From contig JBPOGI010000001.1 in assembly GCA_051251855.1 (NCBI GenBank), positions 1,600,001 to 1,664,000 on the forward strand: 64,000 nucleotides of DNA, in the 5' to 3' direction. Made by a program: the position numbers and the translations under genes. How positions within the stretch are numbered: the first letter of the stretch is position 1; each line of letters opens with the position of its first letter. This document shows positions 1 to 10,400 of the stretch, in pieces. Source of the stretch: Roseibacillus sp. Its GTDB lineage: Bacteria > Verrucomicrobiota > Verrucomicrobiia > Verrucomicrobiales > Akkermansiaceae. The notes under the pieces were generated by a model, which did no database searches, was not told the DNA's origin, and was given only the letters and a program-made list of their open reading frames with translations.

Positions 1-1848
1 CGCTCCCATGAGGGCGCGGTTGGCATCATCGTGCTCGAGGAAAGGAATCATTCCGGCCGCAACTGAAACGAGCTGCTTGGGAGAAACGTCCATGTAATGA
101 GTCTCGGAAGGAAGAACCTCTAGGAACTCACCACGCTCACGAGCGGTGATGCGCTCGGTGGTGAAGCCGCCTTTGTCGTCGATGGGGTTACTCGCCTGGG
201 CGATGAGATAACCTTCTTCTTGGTCGGCGGTGAGATACTCGATGTTCTTGGTCACCTTGCCGTTTTTAACTTGGCGATAAGGAGTCTCGATGAATCCGAA
301 CTCGTTGATACGAGCGTAGGTGCACATCGAGTTAATGAGACCAATATTGGGACCCTCAGGAGTCTCAATCGGGCAAATGCGTCCGTAGTGAGACGGGTGA
401 ACGTCACGAACTTCGAAACCAGCACGATCACGGTTCAGTCCACCAGGTCCAAGAGCCGAAAGACGGCGCTTGTGGGTGAGCTCGGCGAGCGGGTTGGTTT
501 GGTCCATGAACTGGGACAACTGGGAACGACCGAAGAAGTCACGAACGACGGCGCTGAGCGCTTTCGGGTTGATGAGTTTCTGTGGCGTCATGCCCTCGAT
601 GTTCACGTCGAACAAAGTCATGCGCTCTTTCACCAAACGCTCGGTGCGGGCAAGACCCACGCGGCACTGGTTGGCGAGCAATTCACCGACCGCACGGACG
701 CGGCGTGAACCAAGGTGATCGATATCGTCGAGGACACCTTCCCCTTTTTTAAGCTTGAGAAGATACTTCACGGCCGCGAGGAAATCCTCGGAAACCATGA
801 TGCGCTCATTGGGGTCAACTCCCACTTGGAGCTTCTGGTTGATCTTGTAACGACCGACGCGAGTGAGGTCATACTTCTTAGGATCAAAGAAGAGACGCTT
901 GAGCAATGCACGGGCATTGGCTGCAGTTGGCGGGTCGCCGGGGCGGAGCTTCTTGTAGATATCCTTGAGCGCGGACTCTTCGTCGTGCGCGGGGTCTTTG
1001 CGAAGGGACTTGAGAAGAATCTCGTCTTCGGTGGAGTCGATGACTTCAAGAGACTTGACGCCGAGAGCGAGAAGCTGGTTCACAACTCCGATAGTCATGG
1101 GCTCGTAAGCACGAGCGACCACGATTTCGCCATCGTGAATGTCCTCGAAAGGAACCTTCGAAGCGAGGAGGTCCTCGTCCATGCTGGCTGAAAGCTTGAG
1201 CTTCTGGACGGTGTAGAAGTTCTCCACGATGTCCCGGTCGGTCGGGAATCCGAGGGCACGCAAGAAGGTCGTGGCGAGGAACTTTCTTCTCCGGCGACGA
1301 CGGTCAAGATAGACGTAAAGAAGGTCGTTGGTGTCGAACTGGGTCTCCAACCAGGAACCACGGTCCGGAATGATGCGGAAAGAGTGAAGAATCTTACCAT
1401 TCAAGTGAATGGAAGTCTCGAAACAGATACCAGGTGAGCGGTGAAGCTGGGCGACAATCACGCGCTCAGCACCGTTGATCACGAATGTGCCACGACGAGT
1501 CATCATCGGAAGCTCACCCATATAAACACGCTCTTTCTTGGTCGCGCTTTCGTCTTTCAACTTGAACGTCACATAGAGAGCCGAGCTGAAGGTCTCGCTG
1601 GACCGCAAAGACTCGAGAGAGCTCATTTTGGGTGCTTCAATGTCGTAAGCGACAAAATCGAGCTCGACGGTGTCGTCATAGCTCTTGATCGGGAAGACCT
1701 CTTTAAAGACCGCTTGCAGGCCGGTGTCGGCCCGCTGCGATGGAGGAATGTCCTGTTGCAAAAAGTCCTCATAGGACTTGCTTTGGACCTCGATCAGGTT
1801 TGGTGGTTCAATGACCTCTTTGATTGTTCCGAAGTAACGGCGTTCCAT
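1..1848 (-). CDS. rpoB: DNA-directed RNA polymerase subunit beta, N-terminal 616 codons (runs off the window)
   Basis: Not in the ORF track. Minus strand begins [22 protein letters not shown] at ATG 1848 and ends at the edge with [19 protein letters not shown], a conserved RpoB motif, in the same frame. Follows rplL. Confidence 0.98.
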   Translation of the reverse strand, partial: MERRYFGTIKEVIEPPNLIEVQSKSYEDFLQQDIPPSQRADTGLQAVFKEVFPIKSYDDTVELDFVAYDIEAPKMSSLESLRSSETFSSALYVTFKLKDESATKKERVYMGELPMMTRRGTFVINGAERVIVAQLHRSPGICFETSIHLNGKILHSFRIIPDRGSWLETQFDTNDLLYVYLDRRRRRRKFLATTFLRALGFPTDRDIVENFYTVQKLKLSASMDEDLLASKVPFEDIHDGEIVVARAYEPMTIGVVNQLLALGVKSLEVIDSTEDEILLKSLRKDPAHDEESALKDIYKKLRPGDPPTAANARALLKRLFFDPKKYDLTRVGRYKINQKLQVGVDPNERIMVSEDFLAAVKYLLKLKKGEGVLDDIDHLGSRRVRAVGELLANQCRVGLARTERLVKERMTLFDVNIEGMTPQKLINPKALSAVVRDFFGRSQLSQFMDQTNPLAELTHKRRLSALGPGGLNRDRAGFEVRDVHPSHYGRICPIETPEGPNIGLINSMCTYARINEFGFIETPYRQVKNGKVTKNIEYLTADQEEGYLIAQASNPIDDKGGFTTERITARERGEFLEVLPSETHYMDVSPKQLVSVAAGMIPFLEHDDANRALMGA

Positions 1849-2016
1849 CTTAGGTAGTATTAGTTAGTTTGGCGGTGGCGTGAGCGAACCGCGGGCGGTT
1901 GAATAAGGGCGGGAAAGGATTTCCCTATGTGAAAATTTTCGGACGGTTTTTGGACTGTCCGGCTTCTAATATCAGGGCGATTTTCGTGGAAAAACCCTTC
2001 CTGATACCAGAAGCCG

Positions 2017-2049
2017 AAAAGTCCGAGGAGGCGCAAAGGCCCCCTCGGA
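2017..2049 (-). terminator. Intrinsic terminator/attenuator between rplL and rpoB
   Basis: mRNA UCCGAGGGGGC-CUUUGC-GCCUCCUCGGA followed by CUUUU, 20 nt after the rplL stop. Confidence 0.6.
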
Positions 2050-2068
2050 TTTAAAAGAAATAAGGTAA

Positions 2069-2446
2069 TTACTTAAGCTCGACTTTGGCGCCAGCCTCTT
2101 CAAGAGCCTTTTTGGCCTCTTCGGCAGCATCCTTAGCCGCGCCTTCAACGAGGACGACAGGAGCACTCTCGACGAGCTTCTTAGCATCCGCAAGTCCGAG
2201 TCCAGACACAACACCACGCACTGCCTTAATGACAGCGATCTTGTTGCCTCCAGCTTCGGCGAGGAATACGTCAAAGTCAGTTTTTTCTTCTGCAGCTTCA
2301 CCTCCGCCAGCAGCGGGGGCTGCGGCAGCAGCTACGGGAGCAGCAGCGCTAACGCCCCACTCTTCTTCCAATTTCTTCACAAGTTCTGCCGCTTCAAGTA
2401 CGGTGAGCTTGCCCAATTCTTCTGCAATGTTGCTAATGTCAGCCAT
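2069..2446 (-). CDS. rplL: 50S ribosomal protein L7/L12
   Basis: [36 protein letters not shown]...KIAVIKAVR...GAKVELK. Start moved to ATG 2446. Confidence 0.98.
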   Translation of the reverse strand: MADISNIAEELGKLTVLEAAELVKKLEEEWGVSAAAPVAAAAAPAAGGGEAAEEKTDFDVFLAEAGGNKIAVIKAVRGVVSGLGLADAKKLVESAPVVLVEGAAKDAAEEAKKALEEAGAKVELK

Positions 2447-2475
2447 TTTTTTGTTTTTCTGGTTGGTGTCGTCGC

Positions 2476-2570
2476 GGACCGGAAGCCTCCAGTCCATTTC
2501 AGTTCTCACAGCCGTGAGTCCCGACTAGGGACCATTCCCTTTGCAGCTGCGGAATGCGAAAACCCGCAGC
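2476..2570 (-). promoter_or_regulatory. Structured rplJ-rplL intergenic RNA (four hairpins)
   Basis: Stems at 2546-2570, 2518-2532, 2505-2518 and 2476-2495 in a 141-nt spacer. Confidence 0.45.
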
Positions 2571-2587
2571 ATCTGTTCTAAATTCGT

Positions 2588-3100
2588 TTATTCTCCGTCT
2601 GGATATTTTGCTTTGATGACGCGTGCAAGCGCCGACCCTGGCTCGTTGATGGTGCGCACCAGCTGGGAAGCAGGAGCGTTGATGACCGCCAAAAGCTGTG
2701 CGAGAAGCTGATCGCGAGACGGAAGGTCTGCGAGAGCTTGCACCTGTGAGGGCTCAAGAAGGGCTCCATCAAGGATACCACTCTTAATCTCAGGCTTCTT
2801 GAACTCCTTATTGAAGTTCTTGATAACCTTCGCTGCACCACAAACGTCATCAGCACCTGTGACGAAGGCGGTCTGCCCTTTGAGCTCGTCACCGAGGCTC
2901 GGAAGACCGGCTTCCTCGATAGCGATGCGCATGTAGCGGTTTTTTCCAACGTGGACTTCAGAACCAGCCTCAGAGAGACGGTTACGAAGTTCGCTGAACT
3001 CAGGCACGGTCATGCCGTTGTAGTCCACGACGAGGAGGAAAGGAGAGCCATTTACTCTTTCGAGAAGCTCGTCGACGATGATTTTTTTATCTGGATTCAT
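2588..3100 (-). CDS. rplJ: 50S ribosomal protein L10
   Basis: VDYNGMTVPEFSELRNRL, KN motif, LADLPSRDQLLAQL; operon position. Confidence 0.97.
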   Translation of the reverse strand: MNPDKKIIVDELLERVNGSPFLLVVDYNGMTVPEFSELRNRLSEAGSEVHVGKNRYMRIAIEEAGLPSLGDELKGQTAFVTGADDVCGAAKVIKNFNKEFKKPEIKSGILDGALLEPSQVQALADLPSRDQLLAQLLAVINAPASQLVRTINEPGSALARVIKAKYPDGE

Positions 3101-3118
3101 AATCGGTGTTTCTCGGGA

Positions 3119-3823
3119 TTACTGGTTGATAACGTAAAGTGATTGCTCAAGCGCGATGCCGGGCAACATGGATGAAGCAAGGGTCGCGGACTGGATGAAG
3201 TCCCCTTTTGCAGATGCAGGCTTAGATTTAACAAGGCTCTCAAGGAGAGAAGCGGCGTTCTCCACCAATTTTGCCTCGTCAAAAGAAACTTTTCCAACAG
3301 CTGCTGCGACACAGCCGTTCTTGTCGACCTTGTAGTCGATCTTACCAGCCTTCACCGCGTTGATCGCCTTAGCTGTATCATCGGTGACAGTGCCAGTCTT
3401 GGGGTTAGGCATCAGACCACGCGGTCCAAGAACCCGAGCAATCTTACGAACCTCCTTCATCGCGTCCGGAGTAGCGATAGCAGCGTCGAAGTCGAGGAAA
3501 CCATCGGAAACCTTCTTGATGAGGTCGTCCATGCCCACGATGTCTGCGCCTGCATCTTCGGCAGCCTTGGCGGCGTCACCGGTGGCAAAGACAATCACGC
3601 GAACCGTCTTACCCGTGCCGTGTGGCAAAGAGACAGAACCGCGAACCATCTGGTCGCTTTTACGAGGGTCGATGCCCAACTTGAACGAAAGAGTGACGGT
3701 TCCGTCAAACTTAGGTGCAGGGAGAGCCTTGAGGAGTGTTACCGCCTCAGCGAGGGGGTAACCTTTTCCAGCTTCGATTTTCTCGACAGCTTGGAGGTAA
3801 CGTTTGCTTGGTTTGTTAGCCAT
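3119..3823 (-). CDS. rplA: 50S ribosomal protein L1
   Basis: LGIDPRKSDQMVRGSVSLPHGTGK, LGPRGLMPNPKTGTV. Start moved to ATG 3823 (MANKPSK). Confidence 0.98.
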   Translation of the reverse strand: MANKPSKRYLQAVEKIEAGKGYPLAEAVTLLKALPAPKFDGTVTLSFKLGIDPRKSDQMVRGSVSLPHGTGKTVRVIVFATGDAAKAAEDAGADIVGMDDLIKKVSDGFLDFDAAIATPDAMKEVRKIARVLGPRGLMPNPKTGTVTDDTAKAINAVKAGKIDYKVDKNGCVAAAVGKVSFDEAKLVENAASLLESLVKSKPASAKGDFIQSATLASSMLPGIALEQSLYVINQ

Positions 3824-3834
3824 TTTATTTGTTT

Positions 3835-3875
3835 GTAGTGCGGGCAAGCCCAGCGAAATTGCCGGGCTCTCCTAC
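3835..3875 (-). promoter_or_regulatory. Putative L1-binding autoregulatory RNA upstream of rplA
   Basis: mRNA GUAG-GAG-AGCCCGGC-AAUUUC-GCUGGGCU-UGCCCGCA-CUAC: two helices with an asymmetric GAG internal loop, resembling L1 operator sites. Confidence 0.55.
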
Positions 3876-3914
3876 GTTTTATGCGGGCCCTTCCGAAGAA
3901 CGACCCAAGATTGA

Positions 3915-4343
3915 TTACATGCCCTCGATTTCGAGGCCCATTTGACGAGCGGTGCCTGCGAGAATCTTCGCAGCTTGCTCGGGGTCGTTGGTGTTAAGGT
4001 CAGCGATCTTAGCCTTCACGACTTCCATCAACTTCTCTTTGGTGATGCTGCCTACCTTAGTGGTGTGCGGCTCGCCAGAACCAGAAGCGATGTTCGCTGC
4101 CTTCTTCAACAAAACAGCCGCAGGTGGCTGCTTGGTGATGAAAGTGAAGGAACTATCCTTGAAGACCGTAATCACGGTCGGCAAAAGATCGCCTGACTGC
4201 GCCTGCGTCTTGGCGTTGAAATCCTTACAGAACTGCATGATGTTCACGCCTGCCTGACCGAGTGCTGGACCAACTGGAGGAGAGGGGTTTGCCTGTCCTG
4301 CGTTAATCTGCAGCTTTAATATTGCTTTTACTTCCTTAGCCAT
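3915..4343 (-). CDS. rplK: 50S ribosomal protein L11
   Basis: [32 protein letters not shown]. Confidence 0.98.
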   Translation of the reverse strand: MAKEVKAILKLQINAGQANPSPPVGPALGQAGVNIMQFCKDFNAKTQAQSGDLLPTVITVFKDSSFTFITKQPPAAVLLKKAANIASGSGEPHTTKVGSITKEKLMEVVKAKIADLNTNDPEQAAKILAGTARQMGLEIEGM

Positions 4344-4368
4344 CTGAGTGTTGCTTAAATATTATAAA

Positions 4369-4938
4369 TTAGGCGCTTTCCACCTGCCAGGTCTCCAACT
4401 CAACAGGAGTTGAACGACCAAAAATTGTAACGGAAACACGAAGTTTGCCGCGCTCGTGATCGATTTCCTCAACCACGCCATTCTGAGATTCGAAAGGACC
4501 ATCGGCCACCAAAACGGTGTCGCCCACTTCGAAAGCGATGGACGGACGAACCGAATCCTCACGCTCTTTGATCTGGGCCAACATGCTCTCAACCTCACGC
4601 GCTCGCATGGGGATGGGCTTGTCCTTGGTGCCAGCGAAACCGATGACACCGTCCATTTCCTTCACGAAATACCAGGACTGATCCATCAGCTCCTTGTTTT
4701 CGTCGAAGAGATACATATTCACGATGATGTAGCCGGGGAAGAATTTCTTCTTTAACTCGACCTTCTTCCCCTTGCGGTTTTCCTCGACCATCTCGGTAGG
4801 AACCAACACCTCAAAGATGTAGTCGCCCAGCTCTTCGCGCTCCACGCCACGGCGGATTCGCTTGGCTACACTGTTTTCCTGTCCGGAAAGCACGTGAACC
4901 ACATACCACTGGTCTTTGGCCTTGGGAATATTCGGCAT
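4369..4938 (-). CDS. nusG: Transcription termination/antitermination factor NusG
   Basis: WYVVHVLSGQE, FFPGYI, KOW domain DGPF...VTIFGRSTPVEL. Confidence 0.97.
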   Translation of the reverse strand: MPNIPKAKDQWYVVHVLSGQENSVAKRIRRGVEREELGDYIFEVLVPTEMVEENRKGKKVELKKKFFPGYIIVNMYLFDENKELMDQSWYFVKEMDGVIGFAGTKDKPIPMRAREVESMLAQIKEREDSVRPSIAFEVGDTVLVADGPFESQNGVVEEIDHERGKLRVSVTIFGRSTPVELETWQVESA

Positions 4939-4988
4939 CGTTGTATCGAAATCGTAAAAAAGTTATAAAATTCAGGGAGTTGTATCCC

Positions 4989-5216
4989 CTATCCCACACC
5001 GAGTCCGGTGAGGAAATCAACCACATTGCGGTGAATGAAGTCCCAAAAGGCAACAAACCCCGCGAGGAGGAGCATTGCAATAATCACTACCACAGTAGAA
5101 TCAATCAATTCCTTGAACTTTTTAAAGCCCTTGACCTTTGGATCGGGATCCCAGGGCCACGCGGCCTTGCGGAGTTCGCTTTTGACCTCGCCGATAAATG
5201 TAAACGCTTTGCGCAT
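4989..5216 (-). CDS. secE: Preprotein translocase subunit SecE
   Basis: ELRKAAWP motif plus one TM helix; lies between tRNA-Trp and nusG. Confidence 0.92.
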   Translation of the reverse strand: MRKAFTFIGEVKSELRKAAWPWDPDPKVKGFKKFKELIDSTVVVIIAMLLLAGFVAFWDFIHRNVVDFLTGLGVG

Positions 5217-5261
5217 GAAATTGGTTGATTTGAACCGAGTGAAATTGAAATTTGAGAAGAG

Positions 5262-5337
5262 TGGCAGGACAGATAGGACTCGAACCTACAACCCTCGGTT
5301 TTGGAAACCGATGCTCTACCAATTGAGCTACTGTCCT
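5262..5337 (-). tRNA. tRNA-Trp(CCA)
   Basis: AGGACAGTAGCTCAATTGGTAGAGCATCGGTTTCCAAAACCGAGGGTTGTAGGTTCGAGTCCTATCTGTCCTGCCA, 76 nt, anticodon CCA. Confidence 0.97.
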
Positions 5338-5350
5338 GTTGAGGCGACTT

Positions 5351-5380
5351 GGGGCATTCCGGTTTTACCCGGAATGCCCC
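5351..5380. other. Perfect 12-bp hairpin between tuf and tRNA-Trp
   Basis: GGGGCATTCCGG-TTTTAC-CCGGAATGCCCC; no U-tract on the transcribed strand. Confidence 0.6.
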
Positions 5381-5428
5381 GCAAAATATCGCCAACCGAA
5401 TACTTGCGCACTCAGTGGATTTGTAAAT

Positions 5429-6613
5429 TTAGTCAAGAATGTCGCCGACACGACCAGCTCCAACGGTGCGACCACCTTCGCGAATCGCGAAACGCATGGT
5501 CTTCTCCATTGCAATTGGCTGAATCAACTCAACTTCGAGCTCAACATTGTCACCAGGCATAACCATCTCAACTCCATCAGGAAGTGCGATGCTACCAGTA
5601 ACGTCCGTTGTGCGGAAGTAAAACTGAGGACGGTAATTGCTGAAGAATGGAGTGTGACGTCCACCCTCGTCCTTAGAAAGGACGTAGATCTCAGCTTTAA
5701 ACTTCTTGTGAGGAGTGACTGAACCAGGCTTCACAATAACCTGGCCACGCTCGAGGTCGTCTTTCTTAAGACCACGCACGAGAAGACCCACGTTGTCACC
5801 TGCACGACCTTCGTCGAGAAGCTTACGGAACATCTCAATGTCAGTAATTGTAGTGGTCTGAGTGTCGCGGATTCCCACGATCTCAACTTCACCCATCTTT
5901 TTGATGATACCACGCTCAACACGACCAGTAGCAACAGTTCCACGACCTTCGATAGAGAACACGTCCTCAATAGGCATGAGGAAGTCTTGGTCAATGGGGC
6001 GCTCTGGCTCGGGCACATAAGAATCGACAGCCTCCATGAGCTTGAGAATCGCTTCCTTATGGGCAGGATCGCCTTCAAGAGCCTTCAATGCAGAACCCTT
6101 AACGATTGGGATATCGTCACCAGGGAATTCATACATGCTGAGAAGCTCACGGACTTCCATCTCAACGAGTTCGAGGAGTTCCTCGTCGTCAACTTGGTCA
6201 GTCTTGTTCAAAAACACGACCAATGCGGGAACACCAACCTGACGAGCAAGAAGGATGTGCTCACGGGTCTGTGGCATCGGGCCGTCTGCTGCAGAAACAA
6301 CGAGGATACCACCGTCCATTTGTGCGGCACCTGTAATCATGTTCTTAACGTAGTCAGCGTGACCGGGACAATCAACGTGAGCGTAGTGACGATTTTCAGT
6401 CTCATACTCAACGTGTGCGGTAGAGATAGTAATACCGCGTGCTTTTTCCTCGGGAGCCGCATCGATCTGGTCGTATGCCTTAGCCTCACCGCCACCTGCT
6501 TCAGCCAACACAGTCGTGATAGCTGCAGTCAAAGTAGTTTTACCATGATCAACGTGCCCAATCGTTCCAATGTTAACGTGGGGCTTGTTTCTTTCGAATT
6601 GTTCTTTCGCCAT
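5429..6613 (-). CDS. tuf: Elongation factor Tu
   Basis: [33 protein letters not shown]; 394 aa. Confidence 0.99.
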   Translation of the reverse strand: MAKEQFERNKPHVNIGTIGHVDHGKTTLTAAITTVLAEAGGGEAKAYDQIDAAPEEKARGITISTAHVEYETENRHYAHVDCPGHADYVKNMITGAAQMDGGILVVSAADGPMPQTREHILLARQVGVPALVVFLNKTDQVDDEELLELVEMEVRELLSMYEFPGDDIPIVKGSALKALEGDPAHKEAILKLMEAVDSYVPEPERPIDQDFLMPIEDVFSIEGRGTVATGRVERGIIKKMGEVEIVGIRDTQTTTITDIEMFRKLLDEGRAGDNVGLLVRGLKKDDLERGQVIVKPGSVTPHKKFKAEIYVLSKDEGGRHTPFFSNYRPQFYFRTTDVTGSIALPDGVEMVMPGDNVELEVELIQPIAMEKTMRFAIREGGRTVGAGRVGDILD

Positions 6614-6649
6614 TTCCTTTAATTTTTTGCGGATTTTTCTCCCGGGACC

Positions 6650-6724
6650 TGGAGCTTATGGTGGGAATTGAACCCACGACCTCATCCTTACCAAGGATGT
6701 GCTCTACCCCTGAGCTACATAAGC
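6650..6724 (-). tRNA. tRNA-Thr(GGT)
   Basis: GCTTATGTAGCTCAGGGGTAGAGCACATCCTTGGTAAGGATGAGGTCGTGGGTTCAATTCCCACCATAAGCTCCA, anticodon GGT. Confidence 0.97.
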
Positions 6725-6829
6725 GATTTGTCCGGTCGCCTGACGAGTGGCAGTGACTCAGTTTGAACTGAAAAGCAATAGAAACTTGCAACAGTTTAAA
6801 CGAAGGCCGCCCCGCGAAAAGCGGGCGGG

Positions 6830-6857
6830 AAGTTAGCAGTGACTCGCAAGCTGTCAA
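6830..6857 (-). promoter_or_regulatory. Putative sigma70 promoter of the tRNA-Thr-tuf operon
   Basis: TTGACA-N16-TAACTT with TGn extension, followed by a GC-rich discriminator CCCGCCCGC. Confidence 0.6.
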
Positions 6858-7116
6858 AATCAAACTAAACAATTAGTAAAAAACTCCTTGAGGCTTGTTC
6901 CACAGCCTGTTCTTCAACTCTCGCTCACTCGGGGCAAGTAACCACAATGCAAATCAGCTGTAAAATCGATAACTGCTGATGATTTGTATGTGCGAAGGAG
7001 TCCTTTTTTCGTGGATTCATGACACAATGCCAATCTAGTTTGCCCCTCAATTTCACCTCAACAACGCTCGTTCAAATCTTAGGCGCGGAGAAATTGAAGA
7101 CTGCAAGACTACTTCC

Positions 7117-7692
7117 ATGCCCGAAACCAAGTTCAACCCCTCTCAACAAGTCGAACGTATTCGCGAAATCCTCGTGGGACGAGAAATGGGCCGCATTGAG
7201 CGCCGCCTCGTCGAACTCGAGACTTCGACGACCGAAACCACCCCATTCCGGCGCGAACCCGAAGTGGAAAACCGGATGGCCTCCACCCAGCAAACACTGC
7301 TGCGTGAGACCCAGGAACTCAAAATCCGCGTTCAAAAGGAATCTGCCGCTCGCCAACAACAGTTTGCCCAACTATCGCAAAAGCTTGTCCGCAGCGGCAC
7401 AGGAACTCCTATGAGCTTGGCTGAGCAGGGCTCAATCGAGCGCCACGTCAGCGAACGGATGGAACGCGTAGCTGCCGAGATGACCTCTCTTATCGATGCA
7501 CGCACTCGCGAAATCCTTCATCATTTGCAAAACGAAATTCTCCAGTGGAAGAACCAGATGGATCGGGATCTTCAAAGCATTCGTGATGTAAAAGCCGATA
7601 AAAAAGAGATAACGAGCCGTTTTGCCCGCTTGGCTTCCGCAGCTATGGAGGAAGACAGTAACCTTGAGACCCCAGAAGGATACCTTCTCTAA
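7117..7692 (+). CDS. Hypothetical coiled-coil protein
   Basis: 191-aa ORF; N-terminal QVERIREILVG...IERRLVELE, helical composition. Confidence 0.75.
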   Translation: MPETKFNPSQQVERIREILVGREMGRIERRLVELETSTTETTPFRREPEVENRMASTQQTLLRETQELKIRVQKESAARQQQFAQLSQKLVRSGTGTPMSLAEQGSIERHVSERMERVAAEMTSLIDARTREILHHLQNEILQWKNQMDRDLQSIRDVKADKKEITSRFARLASAAMEEDSNLETPEGYLL

Positions 7693-7721
7693 CCTAACCA
7701 AATTAGACGCAGCTTATCGAC

Positions 7722-8714
7722 ATGACGATTCAATCTCCGTTCCCTGAACTCAAGCCTTTTGAGACCCCTCCTCGGTTGCCATCTCTTCAAAGCCTGTTAG
7801 CGGCGCTCCCAAGTGGTCAATCCGAAGCGGGCAAAGAAGCTTCTGCAAGGCAACCTCAACATTTTCCCTCCTTCCCGATGGAGAACGCAACTTTGCCCAA
7901 GCATACTCCAACCAAGACTCTCAACGACCCCCTCCCTCCCCCCTCCGAGTCTCAATCTACAGGCAAGCCACCCTCCACCGTCCCGACCGCACCGATGCCA
8001 ACTTCAATGGCCTCAACAGTCTCCCGAGCCATGGAGGATGAGGAAACCCCGCCGGCTACCGATGACGACCTCCGCAGAGCTTTTGAGCCGATTGTTGAAA
8101 AATCTCTTGAGCGAGTCCTTTATGCTCCCGACAAGGGATTACACACCTACCTCGAACCAATGCTGCGTAGCACAGTTCGCAGGGCCATTGCAGAACAAAT
8201 TGACGCCGCTGTTCAGTTCCGCTCGACAGGCACTGTCGATCGCTTGGGTTGGCGTCTCAAAGCCTTAATAACGAGCCGAAGCTACGACGAGGTCGTCTTC
8301 CGCTCCACACGGCGCTATCAAGTTGAAGAAGCATTTCTTCTGCGCCGCGAGGACTACTCTTTAGTCTCTTTCGCTTCCCATGATCCTGCTCGCCATGCTT
8401 CTGAGAAGCGTGTCGCCAACACCATCAAAAAACTCATTCGTCGCCTGGCCGACGACGAGGGGAGACTCCGGAAGACCTTCGATTACAGCGAGGACCAAAT
8501 GGCCATCATTCGACAGGGCAAACATACTCTACTTGTCGCCTTGGTGAGAGGACGCTCAAACGCTTTGGTTCGCGCCGACCTCGATTACGTTCTTCGCCAA
8601 GCGGAAGACCGGTTCGGCGAACGACTCGAAGACGAAACAGACGCCTTTCTTCACGTCCTACAACCCATTCTCGAGGGCTGCCTACTTATTCAGTCACCAG
8701 CTCCACCCACCTAA
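7722..8714 (+). CDS. Hypothetical protein: Pro-rich N-terminus plus a domain like the N-terminal part of some OmpA-family proteins
   Basis: 330-aa ORF 29 nt after the previous gene; WRLKALITSRSYDEVV..YQVEEAFLL and IIRQGKHTLLVALVRG motifs. Confidence 0.7.
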   Translation: MTIQSPFPELKPFETPPRLPSLQSLLAALPSGQSEAGKEASARQPQHFPSFPMENATLPKHTPTKTLNDPLPPPSESQSTGKPPSTVPTAPMPTSMASTVSRAMEDEETPPATDDDLRRAFEPIVEKSLERVLYAPDKGLHTYLEPMLRSTVRRAIAEQIDAAVQFRSTGTVDRLGWRLKALITSRSYDEVVFRSTRRYQVEEAFLLRREDYSLVSFASHDPARHASEKRVANTIKKLIRRLADDEGRLRKTFDYSEDQMAIIRQGKHTLLVALVRGRSNALVRADLDYVLRQAEDRFGERLEDETDAFLHVLQPILEGCLLIQSPAPPT

Positions 8715-8963
8715 CTAGTTCTAGTAAGCCTCAGCCTCAAACTCTCCACCAGACTCTAGGAAGCGCCCAATCACAGCCACTCCATGCACTGAGATATCGG
8801 CTACGCAGCCCTCTCCGTCTTCGAGACGCTCACCAAGACCAAACAAGTCGGAACACATAGAACCCGCCATGCATTCGGCTTCTCAGAGAAAACGAACTAT
8901 CCGTAGCTTCGATAGAAGTCCACGGGAACGTGGATAGCCTTCCAAAATCCGCCTATTCTCGCC

Positions 8964-10388
8964 CTAGCACTCCAGCAAAAGCCTTGCCGGATTCTCGAGA
9001 CTATCTTTGATGCTGATCAAGAAGGTTACCGCCTCTTTACCGTCGACGATGCGATGGTCGTAACTTAGCGCGAGATACATCATGGGACGAATCTCGACCT
9101 TGCCATCAACCGCCACGGGACGCTGCTGAATGGTGTGCATGCCCAAAATTCCACTCTGGGGCGGATTCAGAATCGGCGTGCTCAGCAAGGAGCCGTAGAC
9201 TCCTCCATTTGAAATCGTGAAGACCCCACCCTGCAAATCTTCGATCTGCATGGTGCCGTCCTTTGCTTTTCCAGCCGCCTCTGCAATGGCTTTCTCGATC
9301 TCGGCAAAGTTCTTCTGATCGCAGTCCCGAATGACCGGAACGACGAGCCCCTTCTCCGTTCCCACCGCTACGCCAATATCGTAAAAATCATTCTCAATCA
9401 CCTCATTACCATCAATGAAAGAACGAATACCCGGAGTCTCCTTCAGAGCATGGACGACCGCCTTCGTGAAGAGAGACATGAAACCCAGTTTCACACCGTG
9501 TTTGCCGACAAATTCTTCCTGAACCTCTTTCCGAAGCTTCATAATCGCACTCATATCGACCTCGTTGAAGGTCGACAGAATCGCGGCGGTCTGCTGTGCG
9601 TTGACCAAATGTTGAGCAATCTTACGTCGCAGCATGCTCATCTTCTTACGGGTCGAACGCCCATCCTCCGCCGGGGAGGCTGCAGGAGTGGAAGACGAAG
9701 GTGGCGCGGTAGCACCAAGGCTCGGCTTAATACGGGCCGATTCCGCAGCTGCGGCGGCAAGTGCCGACTTCACTTTTTCGGGTGCAGCCTCGGCCTTCTT
9801 GGATGGCTGAGGTGTCGCAGGAGACGCCGCTGGAGCACCAGCTCCTTCCGTCAATTTAGCGATCACAGTTCCGATCTCCATCTCTTCCCCTTCTTCCACC
9901 AAAATCTCAATCGTCCCGGAGTAATCAGCATCGAGCTCCTGAGAAACCTTGTCGCTCTCCAACGTGATCAGCGTCTGCCCCTTAGAGACGGCTTCACCAC
10001 TTTTCACCTTCCATTCCGCCAAGCTGGCGGTGTTGATGGAATCTCCAAAAGGAGGAATCTTAATATCATGGACTTCACCATCAGAAGCCGAACTTTCAGC
10101 CACCTCACCAGCAGAACTCGGAGCACTCTCCAACGTACCGCTGGAACCTGCCGCAGAGGTGTCGATTTCCGCAATCACGGCTCCGACCTCAACCTCTTCA
10201 TCCTCGCCCACAAGAATCTTCAAGACCCCATCGAACTCAGCTTCAAGGTCCTGCGAAACCTTGTCGGTCTCCAAAGAAACCAAGGTTTCCCCCTTCTTCA
10301 CAAAGTCACCATCCGCTTTTTGCCAACGCGAAACATTCGCGGTGGTAATCGACTCGCCAAAAGGCGGTATTTTCACTTCCTCTGCCAT
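8964..10388 (-). CDS. sucB: 2-oxoglutarate dehydrogenase E2 (dihydrolipoamide succinyltransferase) with two lipoyl domains
   Basis: Lipoyl motifs ETDKV and ESDKV; catalytic [10 protein letters not shown]; follows sucA. Confidence 0.95.
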   Translation of the reverse strand: MAEEVKIPPFGESITTANVSRWQKADGDFVKKGETLVSLETDKVSQDLEAEFDGVLKILVGEDEEVEVGAVIAEIDTSAAGSSGTLESAPSSAGEVAESSASDGEVHDIKIPPFGDSINTASLAEWKVKSGEAVSKGQTLITLESDKVSQELDADYSGTIEILVEEGEEMEIGTVIAKLTEGAGAPAASPATPQPSKKAEAAPEKVKSALAAAAAESARIKPSLGATAPPSSSTPAASPAEDGRSTRKKMSMLRRKIAQHLVNAQQTAAILSTFNEVDMSAIMKLRKEVQEEFVGKHGVKLGFMSLFTKAVVHALKETPGIRSFIDGNEVIENDFYDIGVAVGTEKGLVVPVIRDCDQKNFAEIEKAIAEAAGKAKDGTMQIEDLQGGVFTISNGGVYGSLLSTPILNPPQSGILGMHTIQQRPVAVDGKVEIRPMMYLALSYDHRIVDGKEAVTFLISIKDSLENPARLLLEC

Positions 10389-10400
10389 CTCTTTAATTCT

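Noticed and set aside
220..1857. Plus-strand ORFs 220..708, 715..1191 and 1441..1857
   Set aside because: Antisense shadows of rpoB, which the track missed because it has no stop in the window.
8897..8937. Small hairpins CTTC-GATA-GAAG and TCCACG-GGAA-CGTGGA after sucB
   Set aside because: Short stems, no U-tract and no second copy seen; possibly a weak 3' structure only.
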